From Candidatus Omnitrophota bacterium (GTDB taxonomy: Bacteria; Ratteibacteria; UBA8468; MWAK01): 64,000 nucleotides of DNA. The stretch spans positions 18,157 to 82,156 of the forward strand of contig JBDRQI010000003.1 of NCBI GenBank assembly GCA_043826355.1. The letters are read 5' to 3'. Below the pieces are notes generated by a model. That model did no database searches. It had not been told where the DNA came from and was given only the letters and a program-made list of their open reading frames with translations. The position numbers and the translations under genes are program-made. Positions 30,431 through 39,587 of this stretch are shown here, in pieces; the first letter of the stretch is position 1, and each line of letters opens with the position of its first letter.

Positions 30431-31247
30431 AGTAATATTTTATCTCTGTTTTCGTTCTTAAATTGTTTATCAGTTCCTGGTAAGCAGTTATATATTTTTC
30501 GCGGAAAAGAAGTTGTTTTGCTTTCAGGGCGAAAGAAAAAGAATCAAAATCGGCCGGTTGCTTTATTTCCGTAATTTTAAAGATGACATAGGTATCGTTA
30601 AAAAAGACAACCTGCGAAAATTCCCCAACCGCTAAACCGCTTATCGCCCCCTGGATCTGTTCGGAAAGTTCCGGAAAAGAGATAAAGCCAAGGTCCTTCA
30701 TTCTCTCTTCGATAGCGGAATGTTTTTCCGGAATCTCCGCGCGGGTGGCAAAAACGGCTTCCGAAAGACGCAAGTCGCTCTTCTGCCGCATTAGTTCATC
30801 GTGGTGATCATGCAGATAAACTTCTAATTCCTTCGGGTTAACTCTGATTTTAGCTAAAATTTCTGCCTGGATGAAAAGGCGCACCATAATCTGTCGTTCG
30901 ATGCGGCGGCGCAGGACGGTAGGGGTCAACGATTCATCCTTAAGGCGCTGATAAAAACGGACCGGGTCCGGGAAAAGACGCATAATTCGTTCATACTCAC
31001 CATCGACATCTTTTTGAGAAACTTCCATTTTTTGTTTTTTGGCTTCTAAAAAAATCAGGCGTTCTTCAACCAGTCTTTCGACGGCCGCTTTTCGGGATTC
31101 GCCGGATTGAATAATGTCCTGAAGATCGGTTGAGGTTATCACCTCATCGCCCACCCGGACCAGCGAAATTTCGGACCGGCAGATGACCGGGAAAAATAAA
31201 GAAACAATAAGCAAGACTGTATAAATTTTAGAATTCCATTTTTTCAA
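30414..31247 (-). CDS. SurA-like chaperone / PPIase
   Basis: Signal peptide, VGDEVITSTDL SurA-N segment, degenerate parvulin segment (DLGFI...GEFS); upstream of pdxA. Confidence 0.75.
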   Translation of the reverse strand: MKKWNSKIYTVLLIVSLFFPVICRSEISLVRVGDEVITSTDLQDIIQSGESRKAAVERLVEERLIFLEAKKQKMEVSQKDVDGEYERIMRLFPDPVRFYQRLKDESLTPTVLRRRIERQIMVRLFIQAEILAKIRVNPKELEVYLHDHHDELMRQKSDLRLSEAVFATRAEIPEKHSAIEERMKDLGFISFPELSEQIQGAISGLAVGEFSQVVFFNDTYVIFKITEIKQPADFDSFSFALKAKQLLFREKYITAYQELINNLRTKTEIKYYFEEAD

Positions 31248-32130
31248 GGTTGGCCTCCATCGTCTTAATTTTGGATTTTGCCCTCAGGCTGACCAGAAAA
31301 TCCTTAAAATTCTTTTCGCCGTACTTGCTGTACATAATCTTTTTAAGCAGCGGGGTGGACTCTTCATAACTCAGCTGGCGGCTGGGAATGTTCTGCCCGG
31401 CCATCAAGATGTAATATCCGGCTTCGGTCGATATGGGCGGACTGACCTGTCCCGGTGACAGCGAAAAAGCAACCCGGGCCAATCGCTCCGACAATTTACC
31501 TTCACGCACAAAACCAAGGTCTCCGCCCCGGCTCTTACTCGGCGCTTCGGAATATTTGCGCGCCAGGTCTTCAAAACTTTCCCCCTTGCGGTGCCGGTCG
31601 CCGATATTTTCCGCAGTCTTCAGGTCGCTCACCATTATTTCGTACAGATGGATGCTGGCCGGTTGAATAAAATCCATCGGATGTGATTGATAGTATTGGC
31701 GCATATCTTTTTCCGGGATGTCCGGATTTTCCAGTATCTCTTTTTGCACATACTCCTGAACTACAAAATCTTTTCTTAATTCTTCCAACCGTTTTTCAAT
31801 ATCGCGGTTCCGGGCGTAACCGCTGCGCCTGGCCTGCTGATAAACCAATTCCCGGTCAATCAAATCCTGCAGAAACTGGCTGCGGTTGCCTGTTACGTAC
31901 GCCTGATAGAACTCCGGAACCGCGGCCATCTGTTTTCTAAAATCGGAAACCCGGATCCGGTGACCATCAACCACCGCCAGGGTCAAATCCTGACTGCGCT
32001 TTTCCATAATTGTCTTTACCGCCACACCCGCAATCGCAAACACAGTCAGGGCCGCAACTACAATCAAAAGCAACCGTTGTTTCTTCAGCCACCACACCTT
32101 TAACTGCTTTAGAATAATTTCAATCTTCAT
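31228..32130 (-). CDS. Parvulin-type peptidyl-prolyl isomerase (membrane anchored)
   Basis: FEDLARKYS, GGDLGF and GQVSPPI..GYYI motifs; N-terminal TM helix. Confidence 0.88.
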   Translation of the reverse strand: MKIEIILKQLKVWWLKKQRLLLIVVAALTVFAIAGVAVKTIMEKRSQDLTLAVVDGHRIRVSDFRKQMAAVPEFYQAYVTGNRSQFLQDLIDRELVYQQARRSGYARNRDIEKRLEELRKDFVVQEYVQKEILENPDIPEKDMRQYYQSHPMDFIQPASIHLYEIMVSDLKTAENIGDRHRKGESFEDLARKYSEAPSKSRGGDLGFVREGKLSERLARVAFSLSPGQVSPPISTEAGYYILMAGQNIPSRQLSYEESTPLLKKIMYSKYGEKNFKDFLVSLRAKSKIKTMEANLEKMEF

Positions 32131-32234
32131 CTTATCTCCTTTTTCAAATAATATGCAAAGTGAGCAATCCTAAAATGACCATATTACCTTTACGCGTTTT
32201 AGAATTGTCTGTTTTTGTTGTTATTTCCTCACAC

Positions 32235-34317
32235 TTACTCGATTTTCCAGGACAAAAACTTCCGACGCTTGCGGCCCCGATCGTAAACCGTCGTAATCTT
32301 CTTTTCCGCCAGGACCTCCTTCTCTTCTATTTTACCATTTCCATTGAAATCTTCAACACTCTGACCGGTAACCGTAATGCGAAAAACATTGCTGCGTACC
32401 GTTACCAGGTTGCTGATGCGGCGATAAACCAGTTCCCGCTCGTCATCCTCGTCAATCGTCTTTATCGTCGTCTTTAAGGTTATAGCCCCACAAAGAGTTC
32501 AGTTTTGGAACCGCGGCGCCGATGTCCAAATGCGGCCGCCCAGCTACAATTTTCTTGGCTTCTTCTATCCCGATGAAGGGGAGGGTGGTCAAGACCAAAA
32601 TCGGCGCGGTATTAATGTTGATTCGGGCCGGCGCCGGTAAAGCTACCGGCTCGGAAACCGTAAAGATATCCTGGGTTTTAAGGTCCGGACCGGCTTGCCG
32701 CCAGAGATTGATTGTCCGCCACTCCCGCATCTGGTGGATATTACCCAATTCACCGACCTGAGAGAACGGTCTGTTTTTAATCAGAAAATGGCCGGGCCAG
32801 TTTATTCGGTTGACCTCCAGGCCTATTTCGGGCAGGAAAAGCGCATTTTGTTTACCCGGAGAAGCCGGACCGGGAAACCAGTCAAAAAGACCGCTCATCC
32901 TGGGGTCGTTCTTCTGTTTGGTTATCTTTCCGTAAAAATCCGGGCCGTAATTGGTACTCTCAATCGTGTTGCCTTTTTCGTCAGACAAAATCAACCGGGA
33001 ACCCAGGATGGGCAGACCCGCGAACTCTTCATATTGTTCGCAACCTTTCGGTATAGAGTCAAAAAAAGGAATGACGACCACCTCCGGCGGCCAGGAGGCG
33101 AAATTGATTGATATCCGGAGGGCAAACCGGTCGCCGACGGTGTAGTAACCGCCGCCGGAAATCCGGGCCTCTTTTTTGAGCATAACCGAAAATAAGTTGC
33201 CAACATCAATCTTCCACCCTCCGATAAAAATGGACTCGGGGTAAGGATTGAAGAGTTCCAGAAACTCACCTTTGCTCCACCAGAAGGTAAGCACGCTTCC
33301 GGTCCATCTTTCTTCAAGGTCCGGAGCCGCTTCCACTTCGTTAAAATACGGCGTTCTTTCCAATCCGTAATAGGTGTTATTGTCCGAGTCCGTGTCTTGG
33401 GTGGGCAGGGAATCTGAGTCCCGATAATCCCGAATGTTTACCGCCAGCTGGCAGAGCTGGGCTTCGCTGGTAAAACCGCAGCGCCGCAAACCTTCTTTAA
33501 TTTCGTTGATTGACGCCCGGTTAAGGTTGATGCGCGGCCGGCCTTCGGAATCAATGTTTTTATCATACGAAAAAATGGTGACCAGATTTTTAACCTTTTC
33601 GTAGATTTCCGGTCCAACGCCGGCAACCCCTTTCAGGTCTTCCGGAGAAAAAAAGGGGCGGTCGTCGCCGCGCGCGCCGGTTTCCGCAAATTCATCCGGC
33701 TCGTTGATACCTTCGCCCGGTTCGTCGAAAATACCGTCGCCGTCGTTGTCTATCCCGTCTGCCGTTAAAAAAAAGTTGTCGGAATCATCATCGCCGGGTC
33801 CGCCCGGCAGACCGTTGGGGCCGTAGCGGTAAAGGCAGACGTTCCGGGCCGTTTCCAGACTGAAACCCGGCAGATTGCCCGGAGAGATTTCGTTCACCTT
33901 CCAACCCTCATTAACACCCTGGTATCCGTTTCGGGAAATATTTCCCGCCGCATTAAGGTGGACCTTGGCAGATTCATCCTCCACCAGAACGGCGTATCTT
34001 CCGACAATCCGGCCTCTTTTTTTAACTAAAATCCAACGGCTGTCGGCCGAGCCGTCGGTATCGTTGTCCACCTCGTCTCCGATGAAATCACGGCGCCACG
34101 ATTCATCGTAATGGTCAACGGTCGGGTCATCGTTCTGCAGGCGCAGGAGGGCCTCGGCCACGCCGGCTTCAGCCATCTCTTTTGCTTTCACTTCCTGAAG
34201 ATTAAAAACGGCGATTCTGGCTCCGGTGCGTCCCAGGATCAGGTAGGTCACGGTAGCCGCCAAAAAAAGCGCCAGCAGACCGATAACCAAAATAAGCACA
34301 TCGCCCCGTTTGTTCAT
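32235..34317 (-). pseudogene. GspK/PilX-like large pseudopilin with HhH, DxDxDG and lamin-tail-like segments; frameshift near 32455
   Basis: KRG|DVLILVI pilin-like N-terminus and DESAKVHLN motif; ORF stops at 32452 but another frame continues IDEDDERELVYRRISNLVTVRSNVFRITVTG...KIE* to 32235. Confidence 0.75.
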
Positions 34318-34319
34318 AA

Positions 34320-34958
34320 TCAGTTATTTTTAATTTCAAAAACCGCGTGATAGTTGCGGCGAAAAACCTGGCCCTCAGAGGACTTCTGCCCTGACAGTTG
34401 AAAATCCAGGAAGACCGCCTTCGGAAGGGTTCCCTTTTCCGGGCCTTCCCCGGAGCTGTCCCAGGCTGGCCGCGGCTCGTTTCCGTCAAAGTAGGAAAAA
34501 CGAAATTTTGTAACGCCGCCGGAAAGTGGCTGGCTCCCGGTTTTGCCGGAAACCGAAAAAATTTTCGGACCGGCTCCGGCCCTTTCCTCGGCAACATATA
34601 CCGCGTTTTCCTTTTCTTCCCAAAAGATGTTTATCCGGGCAAAATCGGTCTTCTTTTCGTTCCCCGGAAGCAGGGCGCAAAAAGATATCTTTTCCGGACC
34701 CCCGGAAAATTTCAGCTCTGCGCCGCCGCCATCCGTTAAAACGGCGCCCGGCACAAGCCGGTTTAAAAAGGCGGTCAGGTTCCGGGCCTCAATTTGAGCG
34801 GATGCTTCCGATTCGCCCCGGAACCAGCTGCGGCTGGCCGTGCGCAGGAGAAGCAGGCATCCGCCGACAATGACCAACAGCAGAAAAGAAGCAATCAGCA
34901 ATTCCAGCAAACTGAAGCCGGATTTCATTTCAGGCCGGCTAAGATTTTTGCGCGTCAT
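34320..34958 (-). CDS. GspJ-like minor pseudopilin
   Basis: KSG|FSLLELL prepilin site; FRFSYFDG...W...LPKAV C-terminus. Confidence 0.8.
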   Translation of the reverse strand: MTRKNLSRPEMKSGFSLLELLIASFLLLVIVGGCLLLLRTASRSWFRGESEASAQIEARNLTAFLNRLVPGAVLTDGGGAELKFSGGPEKISFCALLPGNEKKTDFARINIFWEEKENAVYVAEERAGAGPKIFSVSGKTGSQPLSGGVTKFRFSYFDGNEPRPAWDSSGEGPEKGTLPKAVFLDFQLSGQKSSEGQVFRRNYHAVFEIKNN

Positions 34959-35311
34959 TTTTTGACGAATCTTGTTTCAAAAGTTTCCTTCTCTTCTTTG
35001 CCGCCTTCCTTCCAATAAACGTCAAGCGAGACAAAATACATCCCGCCGTCTTTTTCTATTGCCGCCGTCCACCGGAATCCGTCCAGATCCTCTCCGGAAA
35101 TTTCCGCCGGGGGAGGCGGGCTGTCCTCCCCGGAATAACGAACCCGGATTAAAGAAATTTCTTTTTCGGCTATCGCGGCGGCCCGGCTGTAAAAAACCGT
35201 CTGGCTTACCGCCTGGTGGCCGGAAGGCATCAGGGAAAGGATTGAGATAATCCCGGTCGCAAAAATGACCAGGGCTATGATAACCACCAGGAGGGAATAT
35301 CCGTTCTTCAT
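34955..35311 (-). CDS. GspI/PilV-like minor pseudopilin
   Basis: KNG|YSLLVVII prepilin-like site, small size and position in the cluster. Confidence 0.7.
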   Translation of the reverse strand: MKNGYSLLVVIIALVIFATGIISILSLMPSGHQAVSQTVFYSRAAAIAEKEISLIRVRYSGEDSPPPPAEISGEDLDGFRWTAAIEKDGGMYFVSLDVYWKEGGKEEKETFETRFVKK

Positions 35312-35766
35312 TCTATCTTAACCTTGCCGGTCAGGTTATACAGGATTATCCTGTGTTTCCGGCCGGTACGCTCGTCTTTGACGACCATTGAACCGGAAAC
35401 ACCGAACAGCCCTCCGTCCGGTCGGAAAATAATGGGAGGAAAGTTGCTGGAAAACGAAACGATGCGTATTCCATCCGGGAGTTTTTCCTCCCGGCCGATT
35501 TTTTCTCCGGTTTTCACATTATTGATGCGCAGGGTATCTCCGGTGCGGCTGATCAGCACTTCAAAATTATTGCGGTCCTTGATCGCCTGGAAGCGCGCCA
35601 GATTAAGGGTTTGTTTTACCGTCAAACAGGCTAACTTAAGCTCCCTTTCCTTCTGATGACGCAGAAATTGAGGCAACGTTCCCCAGATTAAACAAACCGT
35701 CAGAAACAATACAACCAGCGCCTCAATCAAACTAATCCCTCTTTTCCTCTTCATTTTTCCAAACAC
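35308..35766 (-). CDS. GspH/FimT-like minor pseudopilin
   Basis: KRG|ISLIEAL; ARFQAI, IFRPDG and TGKV motifs. Confidence 0.8.
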   Translation of the reverse strand: MFGKMKRKRGISLIEALVVLFLTVCLIWGTLPQFLRHQKERELKLACLTVKQTLNLARFQAIKDRNNFEVLISRTGDTLRINNVKTGEKIGREEKLPDGIRIVSFSSNFPPIIFRPDGGLFGVSGSMVVKDERTGRKHRIILYNLTGKVKIE

Positions 35767-35793
35767 TTGTGTAATATGTCGTTTTTCTTCAAG

Positions 35794-36029
35794 CTTGGGT
35801 GTCTGGTTCGTAAAACTTCACGGAGTGTCAGCTACAAAACAAGCAGGACGGAGAGGTGAGTATCCGGGGCTCACCTGTAATCTAGGTGAGAGCCCGGCCA
35901 GCAACTGACCCACTTCCGTCTCTTCGGCGTATGGCCGGGACAAGTGTTGTTCTCAACACGGAGAGGCTCGCCTCGCAGTTGCGCAGTTTTGTCTGACATG
36001 CAGGGCGTTTCACGGACCAGACACCCAAG
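35794..36029. mobile_element. 236-bp MITE-like structured element with 23-bp terminal inverted repeats
   Basis: cttgggtgtctggttcgtaaaac / gtttcacggaccagacacccaag (21 of 23 complementary) plus nested internal stems. Confidence 0.65.
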
Positions 36030-36031
36030 TG

Positions 36032-36469
36032 CTACCAATTGCCAATATCATCCTCAGTCCCTCTTTTCCGGTCCGGTCCGCAGGAAAAGAGCAAAAAAGG
36101 CGCTGATTGATGTACTTGCTGCGGGTATTGATACTGGTAGGGTTCTTTCCACGGATCCAACAGTTCTCCGGCCTGAAGGTCTTTTTCCTTAAAACGCAGA
36201 TAGGGACCTTTCCAACGGGGGTTTTCGGTTTCCCCGATCAGGACACTTAACACTTCCCGGAAGGTACCGGAATGGGTCGGATAATCGCCGAAATCGGTTT
36301 CGTACAGGGAAAGGGCTGTTTCAAGCGCAATGATGGTTGCCTGGACTTTGGTGAACAACCCTCTCTGTCTTGCTTTTTGGCTGGCCGGTAAAACAAGACC
36401 GGCCAGAATGGCTCCGATGGCTACAACGATCAGTGTCTCCAGCAGGGAAAAACCTCTGCGATTAACCAC
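36032..36469 (-). CDS. gspG: Major pseudopilin GspG-like
   Basis: RRG|FSLLETL, WKGPYL, DPWKEPYQY and SCGPD...DDIGNW motifs. Confidence 0.88.
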   Translation of the reverse strand: MVNRRGFSLLETLIVVAIGAILAGLVLPASQKARQRGLFTKVQATIIALETALSLYETDFGDYPTHSGTFREVLSVLIGETENPRWKGPYLRFKEKDLQAGELLDPWKEPYQYQYPQQVHQSAPFLLFSCGPDRKRGTEDDIGNW

Positions 36470-37742
36470 CGGACATACTCATGGCAAGTGTAATAAGCGG
36501 CATAAAGAGAGAGACAACGATAAATCCGACCACGCCACCCATAAATACGATTAGAATTGGTTCAATCATCGAGGCAAGCGCTTCCACCGCGCGGTCCACT
36601 TCCTCTTCGTAGGCATCAGCCACCTTGTCCAGCATCGCATCCAGTGTACCGGTTTCCTCACCCACGGCCACCATGTTGATCAACATTGGCGGAAAAACAG
36701 CAGTTTTAATCATCGGGTTACTCACACCGGCGCCTTCCTTTACCTCATCATGTACTTTTCCAATCGCTTGGCTGACCACCTGATTGCCGACTGTTTCCCG
36801 CACAATTTCGAAAGCGGTTAAAATGGGAACACCGCTGGTAATTAAGGTTGCCAGTGTCCGAGCAAATCTGGCGATGATGGTTTTATATGTCACCGGTCCG
36901 GCCAGCGGGATTTTAAGTTTGGCCGAATCAATCATATACCGGGTGGTAGGAATACGTAAGAGAATCCGGTAAGCAATAACTATTACGATGAGTATCAAGA
37001 TACCAAGCCAGAGACGGGTGGTTAAAAATCCGCTTAAAAAGATCAGGAAACGAGTGGGAGGCGGCAGCGCCCCGGCTTCAAAATCTTGAAATATGGTCAC
37101 AAATACCGGCACGATCTTTAACATAATAAACGCGACGATACCGGTAGCAACAATTACGATTACCGTCGGATACGCCATGGCCGCCTTTATCTTCCCCCGC
37201 AACTTTGCGTCCTTTTCCGCAAATTCCGCCAGGCGGTTTAAGACGCTATCCATGGAACCGCTGCTTTCACCGGCCCGAACCATTGCGATGTAAATGCGCG
37301 GAAAACTTTTGGGGTGTTTCGCCATCGCCTGGGAAAGAAGCGCTCCCTGTTCTACCTCGGCTGCCAGACTTTCTACAACCGTAGCCGCACCTCCTTTCTG
37401 CTGGTCTCTGATGGTACGCAAAGCACGCAACAATGCAAGCCCGGAACTTAAAAGAGTTGCTAACTGCCGGGTAATAACTGCCAGAACTTTTGTTTTGATT
37501 ACGGCGCCGCCGAAGGAGAAAGAGAGAGAAAAACCGCTCTTTTTTGCCTTTACCGCCGGCCCGGACGCTGCTGTCCTTCCCGCGGCGGGCGCCGGTTTAT
37601 TTGCTCTCGTTTCGGCTAAATCGGAAAGGGTCAAGCCCCGTTCCTTGAGGACGGTAATCGCCGCCTGCAGTCCTTCGGATTCAACCGTACCGGAAACAAT
37701 CTTCCCTTTTCCATCAAAACCGCTGTATTTGAAGGTTCCCAT
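36462..37742 (-). CDS. GspF/PilC inner-membrane platform protein
   Basis: RQLATLLSSG, AGESSG, AMAYP, VGEETG and IEP motifs. Confidence 0.93.
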   Translation of the reverse strand: MGTFKYSGFDGKGKIVSGTVESEGLQAAITVLKERGLTLSDLAETRANKPAPAAGRTAASGPAVKAKKSGFSLSFSFGGAVIKTKVLAVITRQLATLLSSGLALLRALRTIRDQQKGGAATVVESLAAEVEQGALLSQAMAKHPKSFPRIYIAMVRAGESSGSMDSVLNRLAEFAEKDAKLRGKIKAAMAYPTVIVIVATGIVAFIMLKIVPVFVTIFQDFEAGALPPPTRFLIFLSGFLTTRLWLGILILIVIVIAYRILLRIPTTRYMIDSAKLKIPLAGPVTYKTIIARFARTLATLITSGVPILTAFEIVRETVGNQVVSQAIGKVHDEVKEGAGVSNPMIKTAVFPPMLINMVAVGEETGTLDAMLDKVADAYEEEVDRAVEALASMIEPILIVFMGGVVGFIVVSLFMPLITLAMSMSGG

Positions 37743-37749
37743 AAATATT

Positions 37750-37850
37750 CAGCATACAGCATACAGTAAACGGTAGGACAAGGGGAAAAATCATTCTTTA
37801 AATGTCTTAAGTTTTTCCCCGCATACTATGCTACTTTATGCTGTCTACTG
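37750..37850. repeat. Inverted 7-mer tandem repeats around an AT-rich hairpin
   Basis: cagcata-cagcata-cagtaaa-cggtag ... ctatgctactttatgctgtctactg; inner ggggaaaaa/tttttcccc stem. Confidence 0.7.
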
Positions 37851-37853
37851 CCC

Positions 37854-39563
37854 TTACGCGTAACCATGAATTTCATGACTAACTTCACTGATAGTCGTTA
37901 TTCCCTTCAAAATTTTTTCCTGGCCGTCCAACGTCATGGTGTGCATTCCTTGTTCTACGGCCTTTTTCCGGATTTCACTCAGTGGTTTTCGGGCGATAAC
38001 CATTGCCCATAATTCCTCATTAGGCACCAGGACTTCGAAAAGGGCGGTTCTGCCCCGAAATCCGCCTTTACAACGCGTGCAGCCCTTAGGTTGATAAAAT
38101 TTTTGGTCTTTGACCTTTTCCGGCTTAAAACCAACCTCCGTCAATTCTAACTCTTTTGGCGTATATTCCAACTTGCATTCCGGACAAAGTGTTCGCACCA
38201 GGCGCTGTCCGATAATACCAATAATTGTGGAAGAAAGGAGGTAGGGTTCAATCGTCATATCCATTAACCGGGTAATCGCACTGGGCGAATCGTTGGTGTG
38301 CAGGGAGGAAACTACCAAGTGTCCGGTCAAACTGGCCTGAATAGCGATTTCCGCTGTTTCCAAATCCCGAATTTCTCCCACAAAAATAATATCCGGATCC
38401 TGCCGCAGAATAGAACGCAGACAAGAAGAAAAGGTAAGCCCGATCTTTTCCCTGATCGGAACCTGGATGGCGCCGGGTAAAAGATACTCCACCGGGTCTT
38501 CGGTTGTAATCAATTTGATATCCGGCGAGTTAAGCTCTTTAAGAGACGCATAAAGGGTGGTGGTCTTTCCGCATCCGGTAGGACCGGTTGCCAGAATAAT
38601 TCCTTGCGGTACCTTAATCAGGTTTTCAATCTTTTCCTGGTCATCGGGATGCAGTCCGATGTTATCCAAGCGGAAATCAACCCGGGTCCGGTCCAGGACG
38701 CGCACCGCCAGACATTCCCCGAAAACCGTCGGAACCGTAGAAAGACGCAGGTCAAGGTCCCGACCGCCCGTATGAAATTCCAGCCGGCCGTCCTGGGGAA
38801 GCCGCCTTTCCGAAATATCCATTCCGGACATAATCTTGAACCGACAGAAAAGCCCGAAAGCCAAATCCTTGTACGGGTGAACCAGGTCGTAGAGTTTTCC
38901 ATCCACGCGGTAACGCACCCGGAAATCGTTTTCGAAAGGTTCCAGATGTATATCGCTGGCATTGTCCTTGCATACCTGAAGAAGAATTACGTTAAAAAGG
39001 CTGGTAACCGGCGGCTGGTTAGCCAATTCTTCCAGGGTGGAAACGTCGGTTATTTGGTCGGTGCCGGCTTTTACTCCAAGGTCAACGTCCGTCTCTGCGA
39101 AATAACTCATGATTTCGTTGATGGACATTGTTTCCCGGCCGTAATATTTCTCCAGGGCGGCATCAAGTTCTTTCGGGTCAGCCAGCACCATTTTTACATT
39201 TCGACCAAGGGTAAAACGAATGTTTTCCTGGACAAAATCGTTTAAAACATCGTTAACTGCAAGGATAACTGTATCCCGGCCTTCCTGTCCCACCGGCAGA
39301 ATTTGGTAGGTCTTCGCAATGACGGCCGGAATTAATTTGATTATGTTCGGCGGGATATCTTTTTTGGCAAGTTCAATCGTTTCTATACCGCTCTGAACCG
39401 AAAGCACCCGGCGCAGGACATTTTCATCCACAAAATGAAGGTCAACCAGGGTCCGTCCCAGGAATTTTCCGGTGCGTTGCTGCTCTTCTAAAGCAACCCG
39501 CAGCCGCTCCTCGGATAACAGGTTCATCTCCTTCAAAACTTGACCTAAAAGTTTTCTAGCCAT
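37854..39563 (-). CDS. GspE/PilB assembly ATPase (N-terminal MshEN-like segment)
   Basis: LLGQVL..M.LL N-terminus; ASDIHLEP, LPQDGR, GPTGCGKTTT, LRQDPD and CPEC...CTRC motifs. Confidence 0.93.
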   Translation of the reverse strand: MARKLLGQVLKEMNLLSEERLRVALEEQQRTGKFLGRTLVDLHFVDENVLRRVLSVQSGIETIELAKKDIPPNIIKLIPAVIAKTYQILPVGQEGRDTVILAVNDVLNDFVQENIRFTLGRNVKMVLADPKELDAALEKYYGRETMSINEIMSYFAETDVDLGVKAGTDQITDVSTLEELANQPPVTSLFNVILLQVCKDNASDIHLEPFENDFRVRYRVDGKLYDLVHPYKDLAFGLFCRFKIMSGMDISERRLPQDGRLEFHTGGRDLDLRLSTVPTVFGECLAVRVLDRTRVDFRLDNIGLHPDDQEKIENLIKVPQGIILATGPTGCGKTTTLYASLKELNSPDIKLITTEDPVEYLLPGAIQVPIREKIGLTFSSCLRSILRQDPDIIFVGEIRDLETAEIAIQASLTGHLVVSSLHTNDSPSAITRLMDMTIEPYLLSSTIIGIIGQRLVRTLCPECKLEYTPKELELTEVGFKPEKVKDQKFYQPKGCTRCKGGFRGRTALFEVLVPNEELWAMVIARKPLSEIRKKAVEQGMHTMTLDGQEKILKGITTISEVSHEIHGYA

Positions 39564-39587
39564 TTTTTTTGTGGGGTCCCTTGTACT

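Noticed and set aside
32440..32475. Programmed ribosomal frameshift in the GspK-like gene
   Set aside because: No slippery heptamer or homopolymer run, and residues appear to be missing from a DxDxDG repeat, which fits a deletion better
35944..36192. 82-aa ORF as a transposase for the 236-bp element
   Set aside because: Mostly antisense to gspG and lacks DDE or HUH motifs
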